From: a virus
Taxonomy: Duplodnaviria > Caudoviricetes
Reading direction: 5' to 3' (one strand)
IMG/VR virus record: IMGVR_UViG_3300049021_000038
Location: 1-42,977 of that record
DNA length: 42,977 bases
Shown: one piece after another, positions 33,259-42,977 of the stretch
Layout: every line of letters starts with the position of its first letter
Numbering within the stretch: the first letter of the stretch is position 1
The notes under the pieces: model-generated
Database searches by the model: none
What the model was told of the DNA's origin: nothing
What the model saw: the letters and a program-made list of their open reading frames with translations, nothing else
Translations under genes and position numbers: made by a program

Positions 33259-35286
33259 ATGGCTGAAGAATACAACGACTCCGCACCAGCCAGCCAAGAA
33301 CTGGACGATCTGACGCTGAAGCTGCAGGGTTGGTTCAAAGAGGACATGCCGCAGGTATCCGAGTGGCGCAAGGAAGCCCGCGAGGATTTCGCGTTCTACA
33401 ACGGCAACCAGTGGTCAGAGGAAGACCTGCAGGTTTTGCGCGACCAGAAGCGCCCTGCGATGACCTTCAACCGCATCGGCCCGCTTGTGAACGCTGTTGT
33501 CGGCTCCGAGATCAACAACCGTCGCGAGGTGCAGTATATCCCGCGTGAGGTGGGCGATTCTGCGGCCAACGAGGTACTGACGGCTGCCGGCGAATGGTTC
33601 CGTGACCAGACGGGAGCAGAAGACGAGGAATCGGACGCCTTCGAGGACGCCACGATTTGCGGCATGGGTTGGACGGATACCCGCCTTGATTTCGAGGAAG
33701 AACCGGACGGTGCGCCGAAGATCGAGCGTATGGATACGCTGAAAATGGCGTGGGACTGCAACGCCTCCAAGCCCAATCTGGAGGATGCACAGCGCCTCTG
33801 GTATATCGATGAGAAGCCCTATTCCGAGCTTGAGCAGATGTTCCCCGGCGTTCCCAAGGAAATGCTGCATGCTGGATGGGCAAAGACGATCGGCAATGAT
33901 CCCTCGTCGCCGCATGACCAGGACGAAGCGGACAAATACACCGGCACGCAGGACGACATTGCCGACTATTCGCCGCGTAAGATGTGCACGATCGTTGAAT
34001 GCCGCTGGCTTGAGCGTGTGCCATATTATCGCGGGCCTGATCTGAACACCGGACAGCCTCGGGAATACTCGGAACAGCAAGTCAAGCTCATCCAGTCGAA
34101 CATTGAGGGCTTCAAGGCGGTTCGGCAGTACAAGAAGGTGCTGAAGCGTGCCTTTATCGGCAGCCGTGTCCTTGCCGAGCCCGATCAGCCGCTTGTCCCT
34201 AATGGCATGTTCGGCTGGGAGTGCATCACAGGCTATCGCGACAAGGTCAAACGCTCGTTCTATGGCATCGTTCGCCCTGCCAAGGACCCGCAGCGCTGGG
34301 CCAACAAGTATTTCTCACAGGTCATGTTCCTGCTCAACAGCCAGTCCAAGGGCGGCATTATGGCAGAGCGTGGCGCGTTTGAGGACGATCGCCAGGCAGA
34401 GGAAAGCTGGGCGAAGACAGACGCAATCACATGGGCGAAGAACGGCGCACTCGGGCAAAACCCGAAGGTCATCCCGAAGCCCACGGCTCAATTCCCGGCC
34501 GGTTTCTTCACGCTGTTTCAGGAGAGCAAGGAATCGATCTCGCAGGTTACGGGCCTGTCGCCGGAATTCCTTGGCACGCGCGAGGTTGATCAGGCCGGCG
34601 TATTGGAGGCTCAGCGCAAGCAGTCGTCTCTCAATCTGCTTGCCTCGTTGTTTAACAGCCTTCGCCGCTATCGCAAGCGCCAGGGCAAGACGATGTTGTT
34701 CCTGATCCAGAACCATTTGAGCGATGGCCGGCTTATCCGCATCGTCGGGGATGATAAGAAACAGTATGTGCCGCTCACTCGCGATAACGTGTCGAGCAGC
34801 CAATACGATATCATCGTTGATGACGCGCCGACCAGTCCGAACGAAAAAGAGCGGACCTGGGGCATTATCATGCAGATGATGCCGATGGTGAGGGACATGC
34901 TCACGCCTGACGTTGTGCTTGAGCTGCTTCGCTATTCGCCGCTCCCGGCCTCGATGGTCGAAAACCTGCAGAAGAAGGCAGCCGAGCAGGCCAAACAGCC
35001 AAAGCCGCCAGGGCCAGAAGAAATGGCTATGCAGCAGGAATCTCAGAAATTCGAGATGGAAATGGCTGGCAAGCAGGCCGATTTGCAGGCTGACCAGACC
35101 AAGAACCAGATGGAAGTTCAGATGAAGGGCATCGACTTGATGATCAAGCAGCGCTCGGCCGAGATCGACGCCATGACGGATCAGGCCAAGCTTGAAGCGG
35201 ATCTTGCCCGTATAGCAGTTCAGCAGGAAGCCAACCGAGTTTCGCGGCAGAACGCCAATTCCCGGCAGACGAGCGCGGCGAAATGA
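33259..35286 (+). CDS. Portal protein (P22-like)
   Basis: FYNGNQW, KDPQRWANK and YDIIVDDAP motifs; Gln-rich C-terminal barrel; follows terL. Confidence 0.9.
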   Translation: MAEEYNDSAPASQELDDLTLKLQGWFKEDMPQVSEWRKEAREDFAFYNGNQWSEEDLQVLRDQKRPAMTFNRIGPLVNAVVGSEINNRREVQYIPREVGDSAANEVLTAAGEWFRDQTGAEDEESDAFEDATICGMGWTDTRLDFEEEPDGAPKIERMDTLKMAWDCNASKPNLEDAQRLWYIDEKPYSELEQMFPGVPKEMLHAGWAKTIGNDPSSPHDQDEADKYTGTQDDIADYSPRKMCTIVECRWLERVPYYRGPDLNTGQPREYSEQQVKLIQSNIEGFKAVRQYKKVLKRAFIGSRVLAEPDQPLVPNGMFGWECITGYRDKVKRSFYGIVRPAKDPQRWANKYFSQVMFLLNSQSKGGIMAERGAFEDDRQAEESWAKTDAITWAKNGALGQNPKVIPKPTAQFPAGFFTLFQESKESISQVTGLSPEFLGTREVDQAGVLEAQRKQSSLNLLASLFNSLRRYRKRQGKTMLFLIQNHLSDGRLIRIVGDDKKQYVPLTRDNVSSSQYDIIVDDAPTSPNEKERTWGIIMQMMPMVRDMLTPDVVLELLRYSPLPASMVENLQKKAAEQAKQPKPPGPEEMAMQQESQKFEMEMAGKQADLQADQTKNQMEVQMKGIDLMIKQRSAEIDAMTDQAKLEADLARIAVQQEANRVSRQNANSRQTSAAK

Positions 35287-35459
35287 GATTCGAAATCGAA
35301 CCATTCATGCACTACCGGAACGGCTGCGAAGTTGTGGTGCGAAAATTCCGCCCGGTCTACGAATGGGAACGTGCACCCGTAGCGTTCATAGCGCCGTTCC
35401 CCGACTCTATCACTGAGCATCAAATGAGAGTCTGGACCGTCAACACGATTGGTCTTTGA
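35283..35459 (+). CDS. Hypothetical protein (58 aa)
   Basis: Not in the ORF track. ATGA-coupled to the portal gene; MRFEIEPFMHYRNG... Confidence 0.4.
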   Translation: MRFEIEPFMHYRNGCEVVVRKFRPVYEWERAPVAFIAPFPDSITEHQMRVWTVNTIGL

Positions 35460-35542
35460 AATTCCGTCCATTCAGGACGGCTTCGCCCGCTAGAGCGCAT
35501 CTAGCTTCGATGGCCCAACGTAACGGGCAATAAGGTGAATAA

Positions 35543-36487
35543 ATGAGCGAAGAGAACCAAGGTGGCCTTTCGGCCTCCGAAGCCGCCTATTTTGAATCAG
35601 GCGGCGAAACGGAAATCATAGCCGAGCCGGCAGCCACGCCAGAACCGGCGCCGGTTGTCGAGCAAGATCCGGAACAGATCGCCGCGGAAGCGGTTGTCGA
35701 ACCCGGTGCAGAGCCGGACAAGAACAAATTCGTTCCCCATGGGGCCCTCCATGCAGAGCGCGAGGAACGCAAGAAGCTTCAGGTCAAGCTTGAAGAACTG
35801 ACAACCAAGAGCGCCATCCTTGAGGATCGCTGGAACACCATCCTGACGGCACGCCAGACGCCACAGGAAGAGGTGAAAGCCCCGCCGAACCCTGAAGAGG
35901 ACATTTTCGCCTTTGCCAAGTGGCAGGGCGAGCAGTTGAAAGAGCTGCAAGACAAGATTGCCGGCCGCGAGCAGCAGGAAACGCAATCGCGGCAGCAATC
36001 CGAGCAGGAACAAGCGGTCTGGAATGAGTGGAATTCGTCCGTTCAGACCTTCGCCGCCGAAAAGCCGGATTTCAAGGACGCGGCGCAATTCCTCTCCGAC
36101 ACCCGCGAAAAGCAATTGGTGGCGTTGGGCCGGGTCGATCCTCGCTTCCGCGATCAGCAGGCCAGAACGGCCCAGATCAACGCCGAACTGAAGGGCATCG
36201 TCTTTGCGGCCAAGCAGCAGGGCGTTTCGCCGGCTGAAATGGTCTATCAGATATCACAGGATTACGGCTTCGCTCCCAAGGCGCCCGATCCTGTGGTGAC
36301 ATCGGAGAAAATCGAGCAGATCGACGCGGCGCAGAACGCATCACGCACACTCGCGGCGTCCCCTGGCAAGCAGGCTGGCGATGCGCTCAATGCGCAGTCC
36401 ATTGCCGACATGTCGCGGGAAGAATTCGACCGTTGGTATTCCAAGCCGGAAAATCAGCGTCGATTTGACAAGATGATGGGCGGTTAA
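35543..36487 (+). CDS. Scaffolding protein
   Basis: Acidic and coiled-coil; VPHGALHAEREERK; lies between portal and capsid. Confidence 0.8.
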   Translation: MSEENQGGLSASEAAYFESGGETEIIAEPAATPEPAPVVEQDPEQIAAEAVVEPGAEPDKNKFVPHGALHAEREERKKLQVKLEELTTKSAILEDRWNTILTARQTPQEEVKAPPNPEEDIFAFAKWQGEQLKELQDKIAGREQQETQSRQQSEQEQAVWNEWNSSVQTFAAEKPDFKDAAQFLSDTREKQLVALGRVDPRFRDQQARTAQINAELKGIVFAAKQQGVSPAEMVYQISQDYGFAPKAPDPVVTSEKIEQIDAAQNASRTLAASPGKQAGDALNAQSIADMSREEFDRWYSKPENQRRFDKMMGG

Positions 36488-36645
36488 ACCCATCTTGCAA
36501 TAAGCCACAGGGCGGCTTCATAAGCCCTTTCGCTTCGGCAGTGAGCGTTATCACTCCCTTGTGCCGGTGAGCAGTCCGGCTTCGCGAGACAGCGGCGTCA
36601 ACGCTTCGATCCAACCCCAAATTCAATCCATCACAGGAGACGGAT

Positions 36646-37743
36646 ATGTCCGTTACAACCTTTGGCATCAACGATGCCTTGGCAAACAAACTGTGGTCGA
36701 AGAAGCTTGATGTTGAAACGAGCAAGGCAACTGCTATCGCTCCGCTCATCGGCACTTCGTCCAATTCCATCATCCAACTCAAGAACGAGACCCAGAAGGC
36801 TGCCGGCGATAAGGTCACTTTCGGCCTGCGCACCCAGCTCATCGGTGATGGCGTGACCGAAGGCGAAACGCAGGAGGGCAATGAAGAAGCCCTGTCCACG
36901 TTCTCCGACGCTCTCTACATCAACGAGTTGGCACATGCCGTCCGCGTGAAGAACGAACAGACGATCGACGCACAGCGCGTTCCTTTCTCGCTGCGTGAAG
37001 AAGCCAATGCCGGTCTGGTTGACTGGTACGCTGATCGCCTGTCGATGATGTTCTTCCTCCAGGTCTGCGGCTACAACGCGCCGACCGTCGCCTTCGAAGG
37101 CCGAACCGTCACCCTGACGGCCAAGCACTGGGGCTTCAACTCGATCCTGACGCCTTCGACAAACCGCATTCTGCGGGCTGGGGCTCAGGCGAACGACCAA
37201 TCTCTGACCTCTGCGGACGTGTTCTCGCTCGACCTGATCGACAAGGCAGTTGAGAAGGCCAAGCTGGCGAACCCGAAAATCCGCCCCGTCATGGTCAACG
37301 GCGAAAAGCACTACGTCATGTACCTGCATCCGATCCAGGTGACGGACATGCGCACCAACACGTCTACCGGCCAATGGATTGACATCCAGAAAGCCGCTGA
37401 ACGTCGCGGTTCGTCCAACCCGATCTTTGACGGCTCGCTCGGCGTCTACAACAACGTGATCCTGCGTGAAGCAGAACACGTCATGCCTGGCGTTCGTTCC
37501 GACACCAGCGCCCAGATCACCACGGTTCGCCGTGCTGTCCTGCTCGGCGCCCAGTCCGCTGTATGCGCCTTCGGTATGAAGACGGCGCCGCAGAAATACA
37601 AGCGCGTCGAAGAACTGTTCGACTACCAGCGCGAGCTTGGTGTCGGCGTCCAGACTGTTCTCGGCATGAAGAAAACCCGCTTCGACAACAACGCTGAGGA
37701 CTTCGGTTCGATCGTTGTTTCGACCTATGCGGCAGCCCACTAA
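36646..37743 (+). CDS. Major capsid protein (N4-gp56-like family)
   Basis: GDKVTFGLR, EGNEEAL, YVMYLHP, GSLGVYNNV and LLGAQ motifs; AGGAG RBS; strong codon bias. Confidence 0.9.
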   Translation: MSVTTFGINDALANKLWSKKLDVETSKATAIAPLIGTSSNSIIQLKNETQKAAGDKVTFGLRTQLIGDGVTEGETQEGNEEALSTFSDALYINELAHAVRVKNEQTIDAQRVPFSLREEANAGLVDWYADRLSMMFFLQVCGYNAPTVAFEGRTVTLTAKHWGFNSILTPSTNRILRAGAQANDQSLTSADVFSLDLIDKAVEKAKLANPKIRPVMVNGEKHYVMYLHPIQVTDMRTNTSTGQWIDIQKAAERRGSSNPIFDGSLGVYNNVILREAEHVMPGVRSDTSAQITTVRRAVLLGAQSAVCAFGMKTAPQKYKRVEELFDYQRELGVGVQTVLGMKKTRFDNNAEDFGSIVVSTYAAAH

Positions 37744-37757
37744 GGAGGGTTTGAACC

Positions 37758-38177
37758 ATGGCTACAGGCACTCTGGCATCTACTGCCCGCTTCCTTCACA
37801 CGCAGCAGGTTCACTACCTGCGCAAGCGCATCACCTTCGCCACCGAAAACACGGAAATCATCCTCGGGGAAATCCCGGTTGGTGCTTCCGTCATCGGCGG
37901 GGGCGTCCACGTCATCACGGCCTTCAACGATTCGGGCACGGATACGCTGGATGTTGGGTTCAAGGACGGTTCCTCGACCGACGACCCGAACGCATACGCG
38001 ACTCTGCTTGATCTGTCCGCTGTCGGCTTCATCGCCCTCGATGAACTCGCAGCTACGACCAATATCCAGCAGACTGCCGACACGACCGTGACTTGCATCT
38101 ACAACGGGCAGAACAACAACGCTTCGGCGGGTGTTGCCGATGTGATCATCACCTTCGTAGTCGATAACGATCAGTGA
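37758..38177 (+). CDS. Capsid decoration/cement protein
   Basis: AGGAGG RBS; beta-rich (TAFNDSGTDTLDVG); directly after the capsid gene and before a terminator. Confidence 0.7.
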   Translation: MATGTLASTARFLHTQQVHYLRKRITFATENTEIILGEIPVGASVIGGGVHVITAFNDSGTDTLDVGFKDGSSTDDPNAYATLLDLSAVGFIALDELAATTNIQQTADTTVTCIYNGQNNNASAGVADVIITFVVDNDQ

Positions 38178-38200
38178 TTGCGCAGTAAAAACAAGTAGTT

Positions 38201-38228
38201 AGGGGCGGGCTAATATTCGCCCCTTTTT
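38201..38228 (+). terminator. Intrinsic terminator after the capsid genes
   Basis: AGGGGCGGG-CTAATA-TTCGCCCCT followed by TTTT. Confidence 0.8.
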
Positions 38229-38252
38229 CTTTCCCAGCAACAGGAGGCCGCA

Positions 38253-38855
38253 ATGGCTATCACCGGGATCAATTCCGAAAATCAGAACATGCGGGTTCTT
38301 GCCAAGGAACTGTACGTCAATGGCATTCCCTTCACCCCGTCCGAAGTGGCGATCACCGAATTGACGGACAGCACGACCGGCACGGCGAGCGATACTCTCG
38401 CGGCGACTGTCGGCGTCACGACCGTTGCCATTCCGCTGCAACTGGCGGCGATGACCACGGCTGCTGCCGACCTGATCACGAATTACACGCCAGGGTATGC
38501 TTTCGAGCTTCTCTCGCTGGAGTTCGTCACAACGACGCTCGGCACGGGCGCGAGCGCAAGCCAGGTGTTGAACCTTGAGATCGGCACCACCAACGTCACG
38601 GGCGGCGTTCTCACGCTTCTCCTGGCCGATACCGACACGCTCGGCAAGAAGACCGCAGCAACCGCGATCACCGCGGCTAATGTCGGCACGGCTGCTTCCA
38701 CGATCTCGCTTGAAGTAGCAGCAAGCGGAACGGTCTTCACGGCCGGCGCCGGTATTGCGCTGCTCAAGCTCCGCAACATGGATACCGTCAATTCCGTTGC
38801 CTCGCTCTCTGCCAAGGTCAACGAAATCATCACAGCGATCAACGCTGCAAGCTGA
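38253..38855 (+). CDS. Virion structural protein (head fibre/decoration-like)
   Basis: AGGAGG RBS; Thr/Ala-rich; LTDSTTGTA and SLSAKVNEI segments. Confidence 0.7.
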   Translation: MAITGINSENQNMRVLAKELYVNGIPFTPSEVAITELTDSTTGTASDTLAATVGVTTVAIPLQLAAMTTAAADLITNYTPGYAFELLSLEFVTTTLGTGASASQVLNLEIGTTNVTGGVLTLLLADTDTLGKKTAATAITAANVGTAASTISLEVAASGTVFTAGAGIALLKLRNMDTVNSVASLSAKVNEIITAINAAS

Positions 38856-39007
38856 TGGATGACGTGATTTGGACACTTATTGACTTCGAGCCGCCGAAGA
38901 AAGCGGCTCCAGTCATCTCAGACGGCTGTCCGAAATGCGGCAAGAAGCTCGGCAAGGGCTCTCATCTGCACATCAAATATTGCAAGGGGGTAATTGATGC
39001 CAGTTAG
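38855..39007 (+). CDS. Zinc-finger microprotein (50 aa)
   Basis: Not in the ORF track. TGATG-coupled; CPKC...HIKYC. Confidence 0.55.
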   Translation: MDDVIWTLIDFEPPKKAAPVISDGCPKCGKKLGKGSHLHIKYCKGVIDAS

Positions 39008-39704
39008 CGTCATCACAGGCGGGCCTATTTCTGCCGAAGCTCCCGAAATCGACACCAGCGAACCGACGTTTGCAACGATGATGGGTGCGATCGCAGACGA
39101 TATCGATGATACGGTTGACGAGTATACCAGCCAGATCAAAGACGCGATTTCGGCCTCCATCCGCTATTGCGAGCGCGATGTCTTCTATTTCAACGAGACG
39201 CGAGACATCACCTTCCCGACTGTCGATGGTCAGGAATGGTACGACGCCGACGACAACAGCAACATTCCGACGCTGAAACGCATCGTTGCGGTCTACAGCG
39301 AGGATACCAGCGGGCAGCGGTCTATCCTGCGCCGTGCCATGCCGGAAGAACTGGAAACGCTCTCCGACAATACGGCGTCGAGCGGCGAACCATACGCATT
39401 TACCTATTTCGGGCAGCGCATCCGGCTTTATCCGGTCCCGAATGCCACGGTCTACACGATCCGGCTGCAGCTCGGCCCGTACAAGCTCGCGCTCCTGACC
39501 GATATCAACGAAACCAACGCCTGGTTCACCGAAGCCTACGACATGGTGAAGGCACGGGCTAAGTACATTCTCAACAAGGATACACTAAAGGACGCCTTGG
39601 CAGCCGCAGAAGCCCTGAACGACTACAAGGACCAATACGACGCCCTGAAGGCTGAAACGTCGCGCCGAAATGGCCGTGGCGTCATCATTGGAACGTGCTT
39701 CTGA
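38997..39704 (+). CDS. Head-tail adaptor (tail tubular protein A-like)
   Basis: Position; GEPYAFTY...IRLYPVPN and NAWFTEAYD segments. Confidence 0.75.
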   Translation: MPVSVITGGPISAEAPEIDTSEPTFATMMGAIADDIDDTVDEYTSQIKDAISASIRYCERDVFYFNETRDITFPTVDGQEWYDADDNSNIPTLKRIVAVYSEDTSGQRSILRRAMPEELETLSDNTASSGEPYAFTYFGQRIRLYPVPNATVYTIRLQLGPYKLALLTDINETNAWFTEAYDMVKARAKYILNKDTLKDALAAAEALNDYKDQYDALKAETSRRNGRGVIIGTCF

Positions 39705-41167
39705 TGCTGATACCTCTGGCTGAGTATCGCCCCGATGTCGCGGATGTTAACTCGGCGTTCACGTCCGATCTGTCGAACGTCATTTGCTCGGCCGGCGCCT
39801 ATATCCCGTTCAAGCAGTTTGCCGCCATCACAGCAGCATTGCCGGAAGAACCGCTTGGCTGGCTTGGCGTCAAGACGATGGATGGCACCATTCGGTTTTT
39901 CGCCGGAACAGCGAGCAATCTCTACATCCTGAACGGCACGACGCTGGTATGGGACGAGGTTTCGCAGGTGACGGACGGGTATAACGCCAACCGCCTTTCG
40001 CGCTGGTCCATCAAGGCATTCGGCCCATTCATCATCGCGGTCAATGCCAATGACGCTCCGCAGGTCTATGACGTGACGACGGATGTCATCTTTCGGGATC
40101 TCGGCGGATCTCCTCCCACCGCAGCACGGGTGCATATCTGGGGCGATTTCGTCGCCTTGTCCGGTATCCAGTCGCAGCCGAACCGGGTTCAATGGTCTGG
40201 CCTCAATGACTGCGAATTCTGGACGCCGGGAAGCCAGAACAGCGATTATCAGGACTTTCCAGATGGCGGCAAGGTCCAGGGCGCCAGCGAGACGACAAAC
40301 CCTATCATCTTCATGGAAAGCGCCATTTACCGGGCTACGTTCGTTCCCGGCTCGGTGGAAATCTTCACGTTCCAGAAGGTGCACGACAAGCGAGGGGCGT
40401 TTTCGCCTACATCGATCGCCACGCGGGGCTCTGCGACGTTCTTCGCGGACTCGGGCGGCTTCTTCCAGATCGACGCCGATGCATCTTTGACGCCGATTGG
40501 CTTTGAAAAGGTTGACAGGACCATATTCAGCGTCCTTGCGGCCTCGTCTGTCTCGGAAATCATGGGCGCGATCGATCCCTTCTATTCCCGTGTTTATTGG
40601 GCTCTCGATTATACCGGCTCCGGCACGTTCGACCGGATGATTGTCTATGATTGGCAGTTGGGCCAATGGACGATGCTGGAGGTCAATACCCTCGGTATCG
40701 CGTCGTTCATCACCTACGGCTATACGCTGGAGGCGCTTGACGACATTTCCGCCTCTCTCGATGCGCTGCCATTCTCTCTGGATTCGAAGCAATGGCAGGG
40801 CGGGGCACCTCTCCTGGCTGCATTCGACACGAGTTTCCGCCTCGGTTCGTTCTCGGGCCAGAACATGGAAGCGACCGTTACCACTCCGGAAGTCGGGCCA
40901 ACGAATGGGACGATCACCCGCACCACGTCGAGCTATCCGGTTGTTGATTGCGACAATGTGTGGGTGGCGATCGGCCTTCGGATGCGCCGCGGTGAATTCG
41001 AGCCGGTCACATGGCTTGCTGAGCAAACCCGCTCAGGCAATACCGGCAAGGTCAGAAAGCGTTCTCGAGCCCGCTTTCATCGCATGCAGATCAGAATACC
41101 GGAAGGCGAGAATTGGACCCGTCTAAGCGGCATCGACGTTGACACGAGCGAGGCAGGCTCTCGATGA
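39704..41167 (+). CDS. Tail nozzle / DNA stabilisation protein (beta-propeller, P22 gp10-like)
   Basis: Size and position; NRVQWSGLND, FFADSGGF and IVYDWQLGQW segments. Confidence 0.75.
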   Translation: MLIPLAEYRPDVADVNSAFTSDLSNVICSAGAYIPFKQFAAITAALPEEPLGWLGVKTMDGTIRFFAGTASNLYILNGTTLVWDEVSQVTDGYNANRLSRWSIKAFGPFIIAVNANDAPQVYDVTTDVIFRDLGGSPPTAARVHIWGDFVALSGIQSQPNRVQWSGLNDCEFWTPGSQNSDYQDFPDGGKVQGASETTNPIIFMESAIYRATFVPGSVEIFTFQKVHDKRGAFSPTSIATRGSATFFADSGGFFQIDADASLTPIGFEKVDRTIFSVLAASSVSEIMGAIDPFYSRVYWALDYTGSGTFDRMIVYDWQLGQWTMLEVNTLGIASFITYGYTLEALDDISASLDALPFSLDSKQWQGGAPLLAAFDTSFRLGSFSGQNMEATVTTPEVGPTNGTITRTTSSYPVVDCDNVWVAIGLRMRRGEFEPVTWLAEQTRSGNTGKVRKRSRARFHRMQIRIPEGENWTRLSGIDVDTSEAGSR

Positions 41168-41589
41168 AAGAGCTTATCCTGACCCAAGACTGGTCGCTCG
41201 ATCAAATCATGCCGTATGGCCCGCAAATCACCGCGGCGATGAGGAAACTCAGGGAGAAATTCCCCGAAGACGGCACGATGGAGAGCATGACGCAAGATAT
41301 GATGTCAGGCGCCGTGCAGCTCTGGCTCATGCTCGATGACGGGGCTTTCAAAGGCATTGTGCTCACCATGTTCAAGGCGATCGAGGTGACCAGCTACAAG
41401 GCCGTTCTTGTCGTCGGTGCTGCCGGTGAAGACGGCGTGGACCTCTGCGAGCATATTGAAACCATTGAGACATGGGCGAAAGAGCAGGGCGCGAAATCTG
41501 TCTGCCCGATCGGCAGGCAGGGCTGGAAACGCCCGCTTTCGAAACTCGGCTATTCCGTTGACCGCATAACATATCGGAAAGATATCTGA
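41164..41589 (+). CDS. GNAT-like protein of the podovirus tail block
   Basis: IETWAKEQGAKSVCPIGRQGWKRPL motif. Confidence 0.65.
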   Translation: MKELILTQDWSLDQIMPYGPQITAAMRKLREKFPEDGTMESMTQDMMSGAVQLWLMLDDGAFKGIVLTMFKAIEVTSYKAVLVVGAAGEDGVDLCEHIETIETWAKEQGAKSVCPIGRQGWKRPLSKLGYSVDRITYRKDI

Positions 41590-42335
41590 TGGATACCAGC
41601 CAGAAAACCGAGACTGAGAACAAGCCCCCGGCATGGGCGCAACCGCTCTTTGAGCAGTCGGCAACGGAAGCTCAGAAGATCTACGATTCCGGCAAGGGCG
41701 GGAATGTCTATACCGGCGATACCACGGCCGGCCTGGGCTCGACCACGTTGGGCGGCATTGGCGGCATAAAAAGCGCCGTAGCTGGCCTTCCCGGTCAAAC
41801 GTCATCGGCTTCCAATCTCGGGGATATGGCATCGGGCCAATATCTCAAGGACGGGAACCCGTATTTCAACTCCGCTCTGCAAGGTCAGTTGGATTCGACC
41901 TCCGATCAGGTGCAGAGCGCCTTTTCAGGCTCCGGCCGCTTCGGCTCCGGCGCGAATACGGGCGTCCTGACGAACCGGCTTGGCAATATCCGATCGTCTG
42001 CCCTGTCCGACCAGTTCAATCGCGACACGCAGAACATGTTGACGGCCAACAACATGATCGACCAATCCAACTCCAACCTGTTCCAGAACCAATTGACCGG
42101 CAATCAAGCCCAGATCGGCGCCGGCAAGCTTCAGGATGCAGCGAGGCAGGCGAACCTTGACGCAGCCCTTCAGCGCTTCCAGGCGAAGGATAACAAGGAT
42201 TGGACACGCCTTGGCCTTCTCCAGTCGGCAGCATCCGGTGCGGCCGGCAATTACGGCACGAATACGCAGACGCAGAGCGGCAGCAGCAATCCATTGAGCA
42301 TGCTCGGCGGCATTGGCTCAATGGTAGCGAAGTGA
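41589..42335 (+). CDS. Virion ejection protein
   Basis: PPAWAQP, NPY and SGRFGSG motifs; Gly/Ser/Gln-rich. Confidence 0.7.
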   Translation: MDTSQKTETENKPPAWAQPLFEQSATEAQKIYDSGKGGNVYTGDTTAGLGSTTLGGIGGIKSAVAGLPGQTSSASNLGDMASGQYLKDGNPYFNSALQGQLDSTSDQVQSAFSGSGRFGSGANTGVLTNRLGNIRSSALSDQFNRDTQNMLTANNMIDQSNSNLFQNQLTGNQAQIGAGKLQDAARQANLDAALQRFQAKDNKDWTRLGLLQSAASGAAGNYGTNTQTQSGSSNPLSMLGGIGSMVAK

Positions 42336-42344
42336 GGTAGGATC

Positions 42345-42977
42345 ATGGCATTCAATATCATGGACCTCTTCGGCCCGGGCGCCTTGAACCGGCTCTTGCA
42401 GCCGACAGACGGCGCAGGCGTGCAGAACATGCTCATGAGCCGCCCTGACGCACAGCCGTCGCCTGTCGTCGCTGGTGTCGATCCGTGGCAGGGCATGCGC
42501 GAAGAAGACGTTCAGCGCGTTGACCCGATGCAGACGGCATCTGCAGCGCAACCAGTGCAGCAAGCCCAGCAGAACGCGCCGGCCGGCCTTGGTGGACTGC
42601 TGAGCCCCGATCGCAAGCAATTCCTTCAAGACATGTTCCTTGGCTGGGCTGCCGGCTCGACACCACAGCAGAGCCTTTCGCTAGGCGCCGTTCAGGCCGC
42701 AAAGGGCAAAAGTGGCCGCGCCGACCAGAACCAGACCGTGCAGTTTCTGCAGGGCAAAGGAATGGATGAACAAACAGCTCGCATGCTCGCGTCAAATCCT
42801 ACCGCGCTTGGCGACTACCTGAAGAACATGAATGACCCGATGCAGGGCTTGCAGGCTCAGAAAGCCCAGCTTGAAATTGAGAACCTGCGCAATCCGAATG
42901 CGAAGCTCAGCGAGACCGAGAAAGCCTATAAACAGGCCGTCGATGATGGCTTCACAGGGACTCGGATGGACTATGAA
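42345..42977 (+). CDS. Virion ejection protein, runs off the window end
   Basis: GAGG RBS; MAFNIMDLFGPG... stays open for 211 codons to the window end. Confidence 0.75.
   Translation, partial: MAFNIMDLFGPGALNRLLQPTDGAGVQNMLMSRPDAQPSPVVAGVDPWQGMREEDVQRVDPMQTASAAQPVQQAQQNAPAGLGGLLSPDRKQFLQDMFLGWAAGSTPQQSLSLGAVQAAKGKSGRADQNQTVQFLQGKGMDEQTARMLASNPTALGDYLKNMNDPMQGLQAQKAQLEIENLRNPNAKLSETEKAYKQAVDDGFTGTRMDYE

Larger units (their letters stand above)
1..42977. mobile_element. Temperate tailed phage genome (podovirus-like), nearly complete, circularly permuted
   Basis: Terminase, portal, capsid, ejection proteins, lysin, integrase with an intact attP, and a cI/cro switch. No tape-measure or sheath gene and no host genes seen. 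Confidence 0.95.

Noticed and set aside
36631-37740. 369-aa minus-strand ORF
   Set aside because: Antisense shadow of the strongly codon-biased capsid gene; no RBS or recognisable motif.
39623-41026. 467-aa minus-strand ORF (and similar ones at 34315-35304, 33415-34080 and 26294-26917)
   Set aside because: Shadows of well-supported plus-strand genes in GC-rich DNA.

Overview
The window is a near-complete, circularly permuted genome of a temperate podovirus-type phage. The host is probably an alphaproteobacterium (Rhizobiaceae-like), judged from the tRNA-Ser attP and GTTC-N7-GTTC LexA boxes. Gene order: ejection proteins and tail fibres (1-6250); an FkbM methyltransferase moron; a lysis module; an SGNH esterase; attP/int/xis; a leftward early operon (Lar-like, SSB, YqaJ exonuclease, ERF); the immunity region (OL/OR operators, a short repressor with no protease domain, Cro); a rightward early operon (DNA MTase, RusA, DnaA domain-IV protein); then terminase, portal, scaffold, capsid and tail genes that wrap back to the start. 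Most interesting signals: (1) three, possibly four, HNH endonuclease cassettes, each sitting in the 5' end of a target gene, keeping the old N-terminus and supplying a new one; (2) a LexA-box promoter driving a small Tat-signal gene head-on into the repressor gene; (3) an attP holding the 5' half of tRNA-Ser(GCT) with a promoter, three LexA boxes and a DnaA box; (4) a stand-alone repressor-controlled winged-helix gene followed by iteron-like repeats, with no other replication initiator visible; (5) cuckoo-like CCUCCC hairpins. All family assignments come from motifs recognised by eye; no searches were run.
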